From the NCBI GenBank assembly GCA_030141605.1, contig JAQGDQ010000483.1, forward strand, positions 105,670 to 169,669: DNA of 64,000 bases, in the 5' to 3' direction. Of the stretch, positions 14,931 to 27,900 are shown piece after piece. Numbering within the stretch: the first letter of the stretch is position 1; every line of letters starts with the position of its first letter. Under the pieces are notes generated by a model. The model saw nothing but the letters and a program-made list of their open reading frames with translations, was not told the DNA's origin and searched no databases. This DNA is from Tubiluchus corallicola (Eukaryota; Animalia; Priapulida). The translations under genes were made by a program, and so were the position numbers.

Positions 14931-15379
14931 TCAGTGAAAAGAAATAATTAGCTATGTCCGAGACTCGACGGTCATTTCACGCCAAGAGGAAACCTAAATG
15001 ACTGGTTTATATGACTGGACAATGGTTTACTGGTCAATTGACTGACAGTCAGTTGTAATTTTTCTAACTACAGGCTGTCTAGGAATGGTCAGATTTACAA
15101 CCTTAACCCTATCATTAGTGCTAGAATTGAGTATTCGGTATAGAACGGTGTTAGAACGATGATGATCCAGTGACCACTGTCCCGTTCTTGCTGACCTATT
15201 TTGCTTCCAATTTTATGGTTCTTTTTAGTTTGACTGAGTTACCGAGTCCACACGTATCTGGGTTTATTGTTAAAAGTGGGGCTGGTAAAGAGTTAACATT
15301 GTTACCTATTCGACTTCACTCGAGTGTTCACAGAATTCAAGTTTTTCTTCTTTGATTTTGTACTGCACCTATTCTCTGC

Positions 15380-15575
15380 TTAATAATAATAATCTTTATT
15401 TAAAGTGGGCCTTTGGAATAACAACCTGAAAGAGCTTTTTTGCCGACTGTAAATAACAAATCTACACCTACATATCATTACTCCGCTTTTACCCTAAATA
15501 CCACGCGCCAGGCAGGGCAACAGCAGGTACCATTTTTTAAAGTTTGCGGGATGACCCCGCCGCAGTATTGAGATT
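15380..15575 (-). mobile_element. Probable decayed tRNA-type SINE fragment
   Basis: GGCAGGGCAACAGCAGGTACCATTTTTTAAAGTTTGCGGGATGACCCCGCCG resembles the reverse complement of a segment common in invertebrate tRNA-SINEs (recalled, not searched). (TTA)n-type tail with AATAAA on the - strand at ~15381-15400. Confidence 0.4.
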
Positions 15576-15947
15576 CTTTAGTGCTATTGCGTTTGCCCAT
15601 CTGTACATGGGCATGCGACCGAACACGTCACGTCAACAGCGTAAATAAGTTCTCAGAATTGCGGTCACTCTTGAAAGACGTCTCTGTACTATTTTTGGAC
15701 AATAAGACAATTTTGACAACAACCGTAATAACGTGATTCTGTGTAATTTCTTTCACTGTTGCAGTAAAGTGATTCATTGAAAACACTGATTTTGTTTGCA
15801 ATAGGCTGATATCTTAGACAAGTCTAATACGTGCTGCACACTGGGGCACTTTTGTAAGTTTCCGCATTTGCACTTGTGTAGCAAAGTGATTCGTTTGAGT
15901 GTTAGCAGCAAAAAAGTGATCATTAAAAAGTTTTCTATTGTTTTTAG

Positions 15948-18900
15948 ATTCATCGGAGAAATCATGCAACGAGAGAAGAGGGAGTGCGCCGGTGCGGTCA
16001 CAGCTGGACGTAGATCTGATGGACGCTACCATCCCTAATAAAATTACAGTAAGCGCACGGCAGTTTATTTTAACAAAGGCCACGAAATGTTAGCCAGCTA
16101 GCTACGAGCATGAAATAATCTTTAGTAAAGTAAAACTGAAAATGCAGCTTCTTTTTTGTGGACTCGCTAGTTGGCAGTATGTAGAAGAAAGCTGATAGGT
16201 GTTTGTGGTGTCTTAGGAAAAGTGCCATTGTTTCTTAATTGCTTGTGGTGTACAGTAGTCGGTACTAATGTTTCTTAACTGTTTGTAGTGTGGACTAATA
16301 CAACAATGTAGCACTGTTTTTTTTAATAATACAAAACAATATACTACACGACTGTTAACCGTCAAAAATGTGGCTTTGTACATGAATTTTACTTCAGTAT
16401 TTAAGGTTTTTTCAGCGCAACAATAACACTTAATAGGTCTTGTAAAATTTAACCCTGAAATTTCATAGACCCAAATTCATTACATTGTGCACGGAATACA
16501 CATGACTGATTATAATGATTAGGCCTATAATTACACACGTGTTAAGTAAGGGAGTACCATGATAACTTTAAATTTCAACAAGTACCTAGTTACCTACTTC
16601 CTCAATAAATGTGGTAATTTAAACTTTTCAATTAGACATTTGCTTTCCTTTTTGTTCAAAATACAATAGAAAGCATAACATTGAACACGGAATTTACTTT
16701 AGTGCAAAATTTTATAATAATAATCTTCCCTCAGAATTTTGCTGATTATAGTATTACACTTAAGATTATACCAGAAGTCCAAGAACCAGGTAGAAAAGTA
16801 GGTGTAGGTAACTAATCAGAGGTGACTGACATTGGTTATGGTTTATCACCGTAAACCACAGTTTGTGATTTTGTTACAAATTGGTGTATATTAATTTTCA
16901 TGATTTTGCTGTTTTCGTTAGCCGTTCTATTGATTCCCGCCGTAATTGCCTGCTGACACGCTAGTTTATTAATTTCTTGTGGTTGCTACGACCGAGCAGT
17001 TTATTAGTTGTTGCTGAGTTGAAGATTTCATGATTTTTGTTTATTTAAGCAGTGCATTGATATTTGCTTAAGAGTGTTTGCATTTTTAATAAGGAAATCA
17101 AACCACAGATCGAGGGAAAATACATCCTGTCACAATAATCCCGGGCAGGAAGCACACCTTGTCCCAAGAATCATCCTGGGAGCTGTTTCACGTTGTCCCA
17201 AGATCATTCTGCGAGCTGTTTCTCTATGTAATGCTGATACATAATTCTAACCGTGTCAGATTGGAAAAAAGCTAATGTTTTATTTGTTGTTAACGCGTTC
17301 AGACCTTTTTCTTTCCCCAGACCTGTCTTTTTGGAACTCTTACGTTTTAAAGATGATTTCTGCTTTAATTTTACCAAAGTATAGGAGAAACTAACAGGTG
17401 TTTTCCGACACAGCAGGTTTTCACTAGCGGTGATTTATTATTATTATTATTATTATTTATTAAATATATCCACAGCGATATTTACAGCACAGTACTTAAA
17501 AGAATTTACTAACATATTTATTATTATGTACAAAAGATGCCAAGCTGCAAATGACTCGTGGGGGTAAGCACCCCAAATGAACGTGGATTGAGTGTAGTAG
17601 AAAAGGGCAGTAAAGGAGTAGAAAAGAAAAGTTAATAGAGAATAGAAAGAGAAAGATGTGATAGTATCTGTATGAAGTAACGCGAACTGTAGAAATCGAC
17701 ATAGACAGCAACGTGATGGATTCCGTTAGGGACAGCAGCGTAATTAGTAAAATTTATTTACTCTATATAATTTTGAAGTTATTTATAGATAAAGAATTTT
17801 TTATGTATTCGTTAATGTTATTCCAAAGTCTAGGGCCAGTGTTAGTGATAAAGTGCTTTGGCGCTTTGCTATGCATACACCGGATTATCCTATAGGGTAA
17901 TATAGGTTGCAGCCTAGGGCCCGCATGCCTTCGTAACATTTGGTAAAAAATCTGTTTCTTTTTTCATTAAGGTTCTGTTGAAATATGTGCTAATTTAGTT
18001 TGCAATAAATAGTAAAATACTGGCAGTAGGCTGCAGCCTAGGGACCCTCAAGCCTTCGTGACATTTGGTAAAAAATCTGTTTTTTTCTTTAAGATTGTGT
18101 TGAAATATGTGCTAATTTAGTTTGCAATAGATAGTAAAATACTGGCATTTCTTAAAGAATATTTTTATTGACAAACAAGAGACAGCTATTCTAGTTTGTT
18201 TAAAGAATTTGTACTAAATTTATTTCAAGCTATATAAATATCATGAGTAAACAATGTTCAAGACGGCTGGCTGTGGGTGAATTAGAGGGTGGCTTCGTCT
18301 GACGGGGTGTCATAATTTCATTAGCCTAGGCGCCCCAAAAGATCATAATTTGGTCCTACACTCTACGATGACCTTAAACAACTTGGCCTCCATTATTGAT
18401 ACTCAATTACGTTGATACTCTACGATGACTTATTCCATATTTTTGCTGAGATCTTATTAGCATAACATTTGTACAAACTGATTTCTTAAGTACATTATAA
18501 TGAAATTTAGTAACTCATTTTGCTTTTAATTATCGTTTGGATAGAAAGTTCTATCTGTAAAATGGCAAAATGCGAAACTCCCTATATTACACATTCTTAT
18601 TTAACTTTCTTCCTAAGTTGAATGAGATAGTTGTTGAACTTTTGTCAAACACGTGTAGATACGACTAGGTGTGTACTCAGTAAGATCTCGTGAACACTTC
18701 CCTGCAGATATTGACAATTTACAATATCTACCACTAAACTTAATCACCTTTCAATGATTACATTATAAAGGTGTTGCCAGGTAATGGCATCGGGAATGAT
18801 AACATAGTCGTGGTAATGACATAACGGAACGACAATGGTTGATAGTCATTCTGGTGATGGCAAAGTGGAATGACAATATTGTCGGTAGTGAGTCGCTTTA

Positions 18901-21900
18901 TTGGTGGGCCATAAAACAAGGGCACCAAATACCTTCCCAATTAATAAAGCCCACGTTCATGTCTGAATGCTATTCATCTAAGCTTAGGACAAAGTCGTTC
19001 CGACGTCTTTGCATTTGACCGGTCTGTTTACCTAGTTTCGCAATGAGTGATTAAGCGTGTGCGACTGTGCGTGTATGCGTGCTTAGACTATGTGGCCAAG
19101 TTAATCGTTTTTCCAATTGTCTTTGGCCGTGATATGCTTGTGAGAAAGAATTTATTCTGCACTTGCACTTAAATTTGTAAATCATTTGCTTTTACTGATA
19201 TATTGGACTTAAATTTGTAAATTTATTACTTTTACTGGTGCTGGTTTAATTGGTTTAATATGGTCTTGCTGGTACTCGTGAATTGGTTTAATATAAATCC
19301 AAAATTCTACTTTCGCAAGTTTACCTTTATAGAAGTCAGATTCTTCGATTTTGGTGATGGTCCATGCAACAGAACTCTACTGACGTTGAACAGGTCCACA
19401 GAGCTGCTTTTTTGCGGAAGTGTTAATAGGATTGTCTTTTTTGATGCAAACATCGTTATAACCTGACTTCTCGACCATCGTTGCGACCCGACAGAGCCCC
19501 TGTTTCTCGTTCATTCATTAAGTGAAATGTTAACTATTGCTACCAGATATTTTAGAAAGATTGTTCCTAAGGCGCATTTTCGGGAACATTTTCAGGTAGC
19601 TAAATGCTTTTAAGAACAAAAGTGACAAACTAGCAGAAAAATGGTGACTCACATGAACTACTAACCTGCAGCTATTATCCAACATTTTTTTTAAATCCAT
19701 GAGTCTACTGTAGGCTGAGTGAAAGCTGTTTTGTCTCAGGTTAACACCAAAGACATTAGGACCAAGCACTCATAGGTTTCCCCATTTTTTTGACATCTTT
19801 TGATGACGGTAGCGCGTTGCTGGTGCATCTGGCTTCAATCTCTTAACCCCATCACCACGGCAGGTGTCCACGTTTCTACTACTCGATCATCCATTTGAAT
19901 TATTAATTATTTCTCGCACCTGTCCAGTTCTCGGCAATTCAAGCATCACTAAATGAGATTAAAGGTAGCATGTTTTGTTAGTACCCCAGCCAACTCAACA
20001 AATTAACATGTACTACACAATATTCCAGAAACCTGCGCGGAAGTCTAACAGACCGGAACTAGTATAATTCGTTTCTTTCGATTCCTGGAATAAAACCTTT
20101 CTTGCTAAGCTTCTACGCCAGATATTGTCTGAAGCCAGACTGTTGAAACAAATTTATCGAGCAGCGCGCTGGCGCAAAGGCTTTAAATTGCGAAAATTCT
20201 TACAATAGTTTCACACGAAGCATGTTTTTTGTGTGGCCATTATCTTGCCTCCCTACAGGTAAAATATGCATAGAATCTTTATTAGCAGACCACACGTATC
20301 CGCTTACAACATTGTGGGGTGGGGAAATATTTGAACTTTAACCGCTTTGATAATAAATCAGCGAATTAAAGCCGAGATTTCTGGAGTTTGACTCATTCTC
20401 TCTCCAACACCGAAGAGTAAACCAGGATGTGACTTCCTTCCCCGAGTATTATTCCCAGAGTTTGCTCGCACGGGAAGCTTGAGCTTGGTTTTAATCTGCT
20501 GCAAAACTTAGTCAGTGACGCACGTTGTATTACTTGAACTACATTTAACTTAGGTGACTCTGACGCAGTTCCACATCCTTTCTGTCGAAATGACAAAGAC
20601 CTAGTTCTCTGACCACAGATATTTTTAGATACATTCGTAGCTATTCTTATTCAGCTGGGATTTTTGTGTCTCGTGATGTGACAGCGTAGTTAGCGTGTCA
20701 TTCAGTTATAGTTTAAAGTCAAGAGCTGTGATGGTTAGTGACTAGAGTGAACATCTAACTGTGGTGCAATCATGTTTCAATCCTTAAGGTGTTACGATGT
20801 GTTTTATAACAATTTACGAGATAACGTTAGCAATTTTTTGATGGTGTTTTATAATCATGGATATTGTGGACAGTGGTCAGCACAGGGACAGGATGATACG
20901 AGGTGGTATATTGAGAGTTTTGAGACCCAGGTTAGTAATGAAAAGTTAAAAGGTATTGGTCAGTTGTTATTTTAATGTTACGCATGTTAAATCATTTGTG
21001 GTGTGTTGAGGCTTGCTACTAGTTTGTTTGTTACGTTCCTATAAAAGTTGATTGTGGAGTTCAGGACTTTTTGTTACTTTGGGATATAAGCGTTTGTAGT
21101 GTGCTAAGATAGCTTTAGGTAAGCTTACTAAGAAAACTTTTTCAGTTTAGTGTCTAAAGCTTCTGCTGCTGATAATTAAGCCTTGCATTGATTTCATTGT
21201 TCACTTTTTGCTTAATAAAATAAAAACTGTCTTTTGTAACCAAAACTGCTTGACTGATCAAGTGTTTAGGGGTCTGGTAACGCTGTTTAGAAACATTTCT
21301 ACAAATTTAGATCTATTTGCTCACTCTTGAAATAATGTGGTGGAAATAATTGAGCAATTGTACTGATAAAGCTTAATGTAATGTTGAAAATCAATGGATA
21401 AACTCTGGAATCATGTATAGGATGGTTACCAGTAAAAAGTGCCAAAATAAAACAATTCACATACTACATAGGCTTGGTTAGTATCAGTTTAGCTGTGACA
21501 AAGCTATTTTGGGGCAAATTTTAGGTTATTTTCACTGGTATGCGAATTTCCAGGGAGGGTATTAAAATGCAATACATCCGGCAGGATCAATAAAACAAAC
21601 TGTTCAGTTTAAGTAGTTTGTCCGCTGTCACAAAGGTCACTTTTGCCACACTTATGTCACAGATCGTAGCCACAAAAGCTTATTTGACATGTAGGCTTTT
21701 ACTGCACAATCAGTATCTGCCATTCAATTTGTTGCAGTCTCTGAGAAACTTGTATAAACTTCAATGCAACAGTAGAAATAGTGGGCAGTTTGTTAATGGT
21801 TGTCACTCGGTCTTCAGGATGGTGATTATTTCAAGCTTGATATTTTTTACAGGATTATTTTCAAGGGATCTTCTCCAGGAAATCGTTCAAAGGGGATCTG

Positions 21901-24900
21901 AAGAGGACAAAAAGCGTGACGAAACTTGATCAGCGAAAGCGCAGTAGTTCTGAATCTGACGGGTTTGTGTTTATTTTGCACATATATTTGGTAGTGCATT
22001 TTTACCACTGCTCATTTTATTAGGCAGATTTTTTGTGTAATATATCATTTTTAAGGCTGTAACTATTTGTGATGTGCTGAACGTTGTATTTTGTTACTTA
22101 AATAGTGTACTGTGTGCTGACTCTGCTGTATCTTGAGATATCCAACTATTTTTGGTGAATTCAGTTATCAGTGTACGGAGTTATTAGTTTGAGGTTTTTT
22201 CTGGCAACTGTGAGAGTGCTTCTGATAGTTTTCTTTTTGATTTCCATGTTGTTTATTGTGCAAAGTAAATTAGAGAGTTAGTAGGTACTTGGTTTATAGC
22301 ATTTTCGTCCTTTGTAACTGTTTGTGGTGTGGTAATGATTTATAAATGCATTAGGTATAGTTACATGCAAAATCTATGCACCTTGTGAGTAACTTTTATA
22401 AAATAGCAGCTTCTAAAATTGTCCTTCCTTTTCAGAATTCAGTCGAAAATGCGAACATCTCGTTCTCATGAGTCGCTGCTAAACACGTCCAACATCATCC
22501 TCTCACACGACCTCATGACTGACGACATTCAGATCAAACGACTTCACAGCAGCATTCTTGGACAGGACCACTGCTTCCAGGTGTCATCCAGCTCCGGAAG
22601 CAAGTATTACAGCTGCAAGAGTGCTGAGGAGCGGGAAAACTGGATTCAGAGGTAATTAGTTGTGATGCGTATTGGCAACAGTTATCGTAGTTATTAAGTA
22701 GCAAGAAATGAAAAACATTTAAGGAGAAGGTTTCATTTTCTATGCAGTAAGAGCTAAATAATTGCAAAATTCTAGTGTGTGTGCGTGCGCGTGCGTGTGT
22801 GTGGCTTTGCAATATTTCTTTGAAAATGCAGATAAATATGGTGGAAAAATAATGACGTGTTTCCCACCATAGCTACAAAAGTAAATTTTTGACTCTTTAA
22901 AACTGTGTTTGCTAGGTTTTGATTTTGTGATTGCTTAAGAGTTTGTCTAGTGTTTGCTATTAACTGCTGTGTTTATCTGTCTTGAGTGCAGATTCCTTTA
23001 TTAGAATTCTGTATGCCCAGTGTCCTACAACACTTAATTCAATTCATTGTACTTCTATGTGCGTAATGACAAATAAAATTTCTGTATCTTCTATCTGTCT
23101 GTAATAGATGTAATCTTACATCTTGTGACATGCTTTAATTGAACATTCCGTTTTTTTACTACTTTTATTTATTTCTTGTAGTTTACGGAAGGCAGCTAAT
23201 CCGAGCCGGGATCGAGGCAAACGAACCGACAATTCGTTGCAGATTTGGATTCTAGAAGCCAAAGGTGTCCAGTCAAAGAAAAAGTATGTCTGTCTGACTG
23301 TGTTGTAGGTCACTTCCTTGTGCTAACCCGATTAGACACTGCCTCAAATTATATGATAATTTAAAAACACCATTTACTAATAGAAATTCATGCTTATCGC
23401 TTATGCTGTTTCTTGTTTATTTAGTATAGCTTTTTGTTTGTTGGATGGTGGGATCTATTTATAATGAGAATATTTCACAATGTTATATGTCTGCAGGTAT
23501 TTTTGTGAACTGTGCTTGGACAAAACTCTCTATGCCAGGACTTCGTCAAAACAGAAAGGAGAAATGTGTTTCTGGGGTGAAAATTTTGATTTTAGGTAAT
23601 TGCTAAATATATAAATTGACGATTGGTGCTACAGAAATTTGAAAAAATCAAAACATTTATCCAGGATTTATTGCAAAGTTTTTTTCCAATCATTGATAAG
23701 GACTGCATCACAAATTTCTAGAGGAAGAGCACACTAGTTTGTGTTATAAAACAATACCATGCGTTTGAGTCTTTTAGGAGACGTGCTTTGGATTGCTTTT
23801 TGTTCCTGTGAAGACTAAATTAGCTTTGAGTTTAGCACTTCAGTTTCATCGACAAAACAGATTGCAACGGTAGTAGATAAATTTTATCCTTTGTAAAGAT
23901 TCCATGAACATTCACATACTTATGTACTTTATATGTTTCGTTGCTCTAACAATTTCACTCTTATTTATCACATTTTTCATTTCCTTTATGCATATGCAAT
24001 TGTTTTGGATAAAAACCCTTTTCATAAATGTAAGCTTGCTTAATAAATTTGTTTTAAATTATATTCTTACAGTAATCTACCTTCTGTGGGCATAGTGTCC
24101 GTCAATTTGTACAAGGAGGCTGACAAGAAGAAGAAGAAAGAGAAGAATTCATTAGTGGGAATAGTTGACATTCCTATTGAAGCTGTATGCAGCCGACAGT
24201 TCACAGAAAAATGGTACGTAGAACATTCTATAGTAAATGACATTTTCTGTGTGTTTTAAAATGTAAGCCAAGTCAAATTTCACTTTTTAAACATCACTTG
24301 GGAAATAGTGCTTTTTAAACATTGTCTGTAAAAGCAATAAAAAAGCAGGCATTAAATTTTCAGCTTTTTTGCTTAGTTGTGACTCCTTTTAAAGCTGGTC
24401 TTGAACACTGTATGAACTATTAAAGTTGATACATACTTTCAATAACCTGTTAGGTAACACGTTAATTTCTGAAGGGATATCATTTAATAATATAATTCAT
24501 TCATAAAAGCTAGGAAGCTTTAAACAAAATTAATATTTGGTGTTGCTTATAGGTACCCGGTGCTCCCACCTGCACAGAACAAAGCAGGAAAAAATACCGA
24601 GACGATGGCAATTCGGTTGAAACTGCGATACCAGTCTGTAAATATACTGCCCTTAGAATACTACCGGGAATTCATTAACGTAAGTGATACACAATTTGAT
24701 AAAAGCAGTGCAATTTCTTAGGCCTAGTTACTCAGTGCAATAAGTTGCTGAATTAATATCCTGTTTCAATTGGAACAAGACATTTGTTCTGAGGTCCATC
24801 ATTCATGCTTTTGCATGTCTGTTTATCTTCACATACTTTAACCAAAATGATATTTCTGTAGTGAAATATGTTTTGTTAAATTTCTGTTATTGATAATTGT

Positions 24901-27900
24901 TTTCACAAAAGCAGGTATTTGTGTATGGTATAAAAATTGTGGGAAATGAAATATGTAAAAAGAAAAACCAATTTCTGCAAACTGTGATGTTTTGTTCAGT
25001 GAGGAGCTTAAAATTTGAACGATATAAGCAGTGTAACAACAGAACTGAAGCACCTGCACAAAATACAGTATTTCTCGATGACATCACCAGCATTTTTAAT
25101 TGGATTGTTTGTTTTTGTTTACATTTACATACACCATGTAAAGTACACATGTATACATTGTTTGCAGTATATATCAGCCGAATACAAGTATCTGTGTGAA
25201 ATTCTGGAACCAGTAATTAGTGTTAAAGCCAAAGAGGATGTAGCAACCAAGATGGTTCATATTCTACAGAAACTCGGCAAGGTGGACGACTTTCTCTGTG
25301 ATATTGTAATGGCCGACGTCGAACGGTTAGGTAAGATGGCTGACCGCTTATTTTTGTCCTTGTATTTAGTTCTTTCTGGTTGGTTCTGTAAAGAAAACAT
25401 CTTTTTGTAGAGATCTAAGTGTTGAACGAAATGTTCGATTTATGAGAACTGCTTATAAGATGCTTTTTAGGCCTTAAATCATGTAAATGGTTTCCAACAT
25501 CTATTCCTGCATTTAGAAAACAGTTCTAGTGGAATGTACTTAAACAATAAAGACCAGTGCCCAGAAATGGAAATTATTGCAAACATCTGCCATCAACAGA
25601 TGTGGGTTTCAGTAATGTGGGTGCCAACTATCAGAGCATTTCTTATGTCTTGTTCACTAGATTACTCTGAAACGTTAATCAGTAGAAGTAAACTGAATTT
25701 TTCCCTTTACAGAAAACGAAAATCTAACGTTTCGTGGTAATTCTCTGGCCACCAAAGCGATGGAGGCCTACATGAAGCTAGTCGGAGAGAAATACCTGCA
25801 GGATACGCTGTCGGAATTTGTGAAGACAGTTTTCGAATCCCAGGACGATTGCGAGGTAACAGAACGGCTTCATTTGTGCATGCAATTAAGACATGGTGCA
25901 GGATGATATGACAGGAAATTGTACAAAACTACCCATTTGCACTTGTGATATACATCTGCTGTAATATGTAATTAAAGTAAAAAGTAATGACTTAGAGTTT
26001 TCAAGGAAAGTGCACATATCTTAGTTTGTCGGTCCGTATTGTCCGTATTACCGATACTAAGTTAATACAGTAGGCGTCGCGCATCGTCCCAAAAATGTCT
26101 AATACGGGCCACTCCTGACATGCAAACTTCACACATGTTATTACACGCTGCTTGGTTGCACTGATGTAATGATATTAGTAAAGTCAGATTGTGAAAAATG
26201 GACTGTGACCGTAGTATGCGGGACTTTTAATGGTCCAGATTTCGTCCGATTTTTCCGATATCCGTAAAAGAGAGGTCTGGCAAACCGAGTTGTGATTGTA
26301 GTTCAGAAGACAATAAAACACCTTATTTTGCTAGAAAAAGTTATACAATCGGTCACGCACATACTCATATTCATAACTACTGGTGTAAGATCTTAGGAGG
26401 GAAAAATTAGAAGATAATAAAAACATTTTTTATGGTTGTTTCAGAAAATTTCTTTTATGCTTTCTTGGTAGACAGCTTGATGAATATATTAATGATTGTA
26501 TTTTCAGGTTGACCCAGCAAAAGTGCCAAATAATACCTGCCTTCAGAAGCACCAAGCAAACTTGACAATGTATTGTGAGATGGTTTGGTGTAAGATCATC
26601 AACTCGTCGTGCTACTTTCCCAGGTAAGAGAAAAAAGAATTGCCAGAGTGGCTGAAGCCCTTATGCAAAGAAGAAGAGGAAAAACCTGTCTGTGGAGGGT
26701 GGGCCTTGCCATTTTCACATCATTTGTGATTATAGTCTGTATCTAATGTCAAAATTCTTTATGAAATTTTTTGGCAAGATCAGTGATTTTTAAGGGTTTT
26801 TAACCCCACATTGCATTGGTTTTTGTTTTCTAATTTGTTTGTATTATTGGTTTCTGTAAACAAAGTGTTGAGTTAAAAGATGGAAAAGACTGCTGATTCG
26901 ACTGATCACCTTACTATGTTTCTTTTACCTGTCTTTTGTAAATGTGGGTGTCTGTCACCTTCAATAATGAATTAGCTGCCAACTTCTTTTTCTTGTTTTA
27001 GTGAACTGAAATCAGTATTTCACGCTGTACGAGAGCGATTGGAAGGCAGTAAGAGGGATGAAATTGCCGATAACCTGGTGTCTAGTTGCATATTTCTCAG
27101 GTAAGATTTTAATTTTTTGTTTTACTAGGTAAATTAATCAGGACTGTATTAAGATCCTTCTTTTCTTTATAATACAAGAAATCCCCCATTTCACTTCTTA
27201 TTTTCTGTTATTTACTTTTCACGTACTCTTATGTGTGACAGCTTGGTAAACTGTTAAATTTCTTCATATATTTATGGTATCAACTTTTTCAGTACTTCCT
27301 TTCTTTCTTAAACTCATTTCCACATTAGGTAATAATTGTGAAATAAGCTGCAACATTCTGACATTCTCTGCCATAATCTAATTAATGAATTGTATGTATA
27401 TTTATTGTTCGTTTATTTTTTACTTAGGTTTTTGTGTCCAGCCATTTTGTCGCCCAGTTTGTTTGGTTTGACGCAAGAATTTCCGCAAGACAAGGCAGCT
27501 AGGAACTTGACTATGATCGCCAAGACCATTCAGACATTAGCCAATTTTAATAAGTAAGTTTGAAACCTCTTATAAGGGCAAAAAGGCATCTTTGGCCATG
27601 CTTAAAATTTAAACATGAACACACCTAAGTTTTGTGATAACTGTTAATTAGTTAAATTAACATGTCAACATGATGCCTGACGTCTGGGAATCAAGATTGT
27701 GATGCTTTTCCAGCTTAGCTAATGAGTTTTTCTTTTGGAATTGTACCAGCACAGTCATGTTTATGTTTAGACACTATGTAATTCACTTAGCTGGTTAATA
27801 GCTGACTGGTCACTGTGGAGCTTCACGACCAAAGTTAAGTAACACTGATAAATTTGAAAGTCGCCAGAAAACTAAAATTAGTTCAGACACTTCCATCTGC

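Noticed and set aside
15814-16083. 89-aa minus-strand ORF with a signal-peptide-like start
   Set aside because: It is the antisense shadow of RasGAP exon 15948-16048, which has proper splice sites and the ERRGSAP motif
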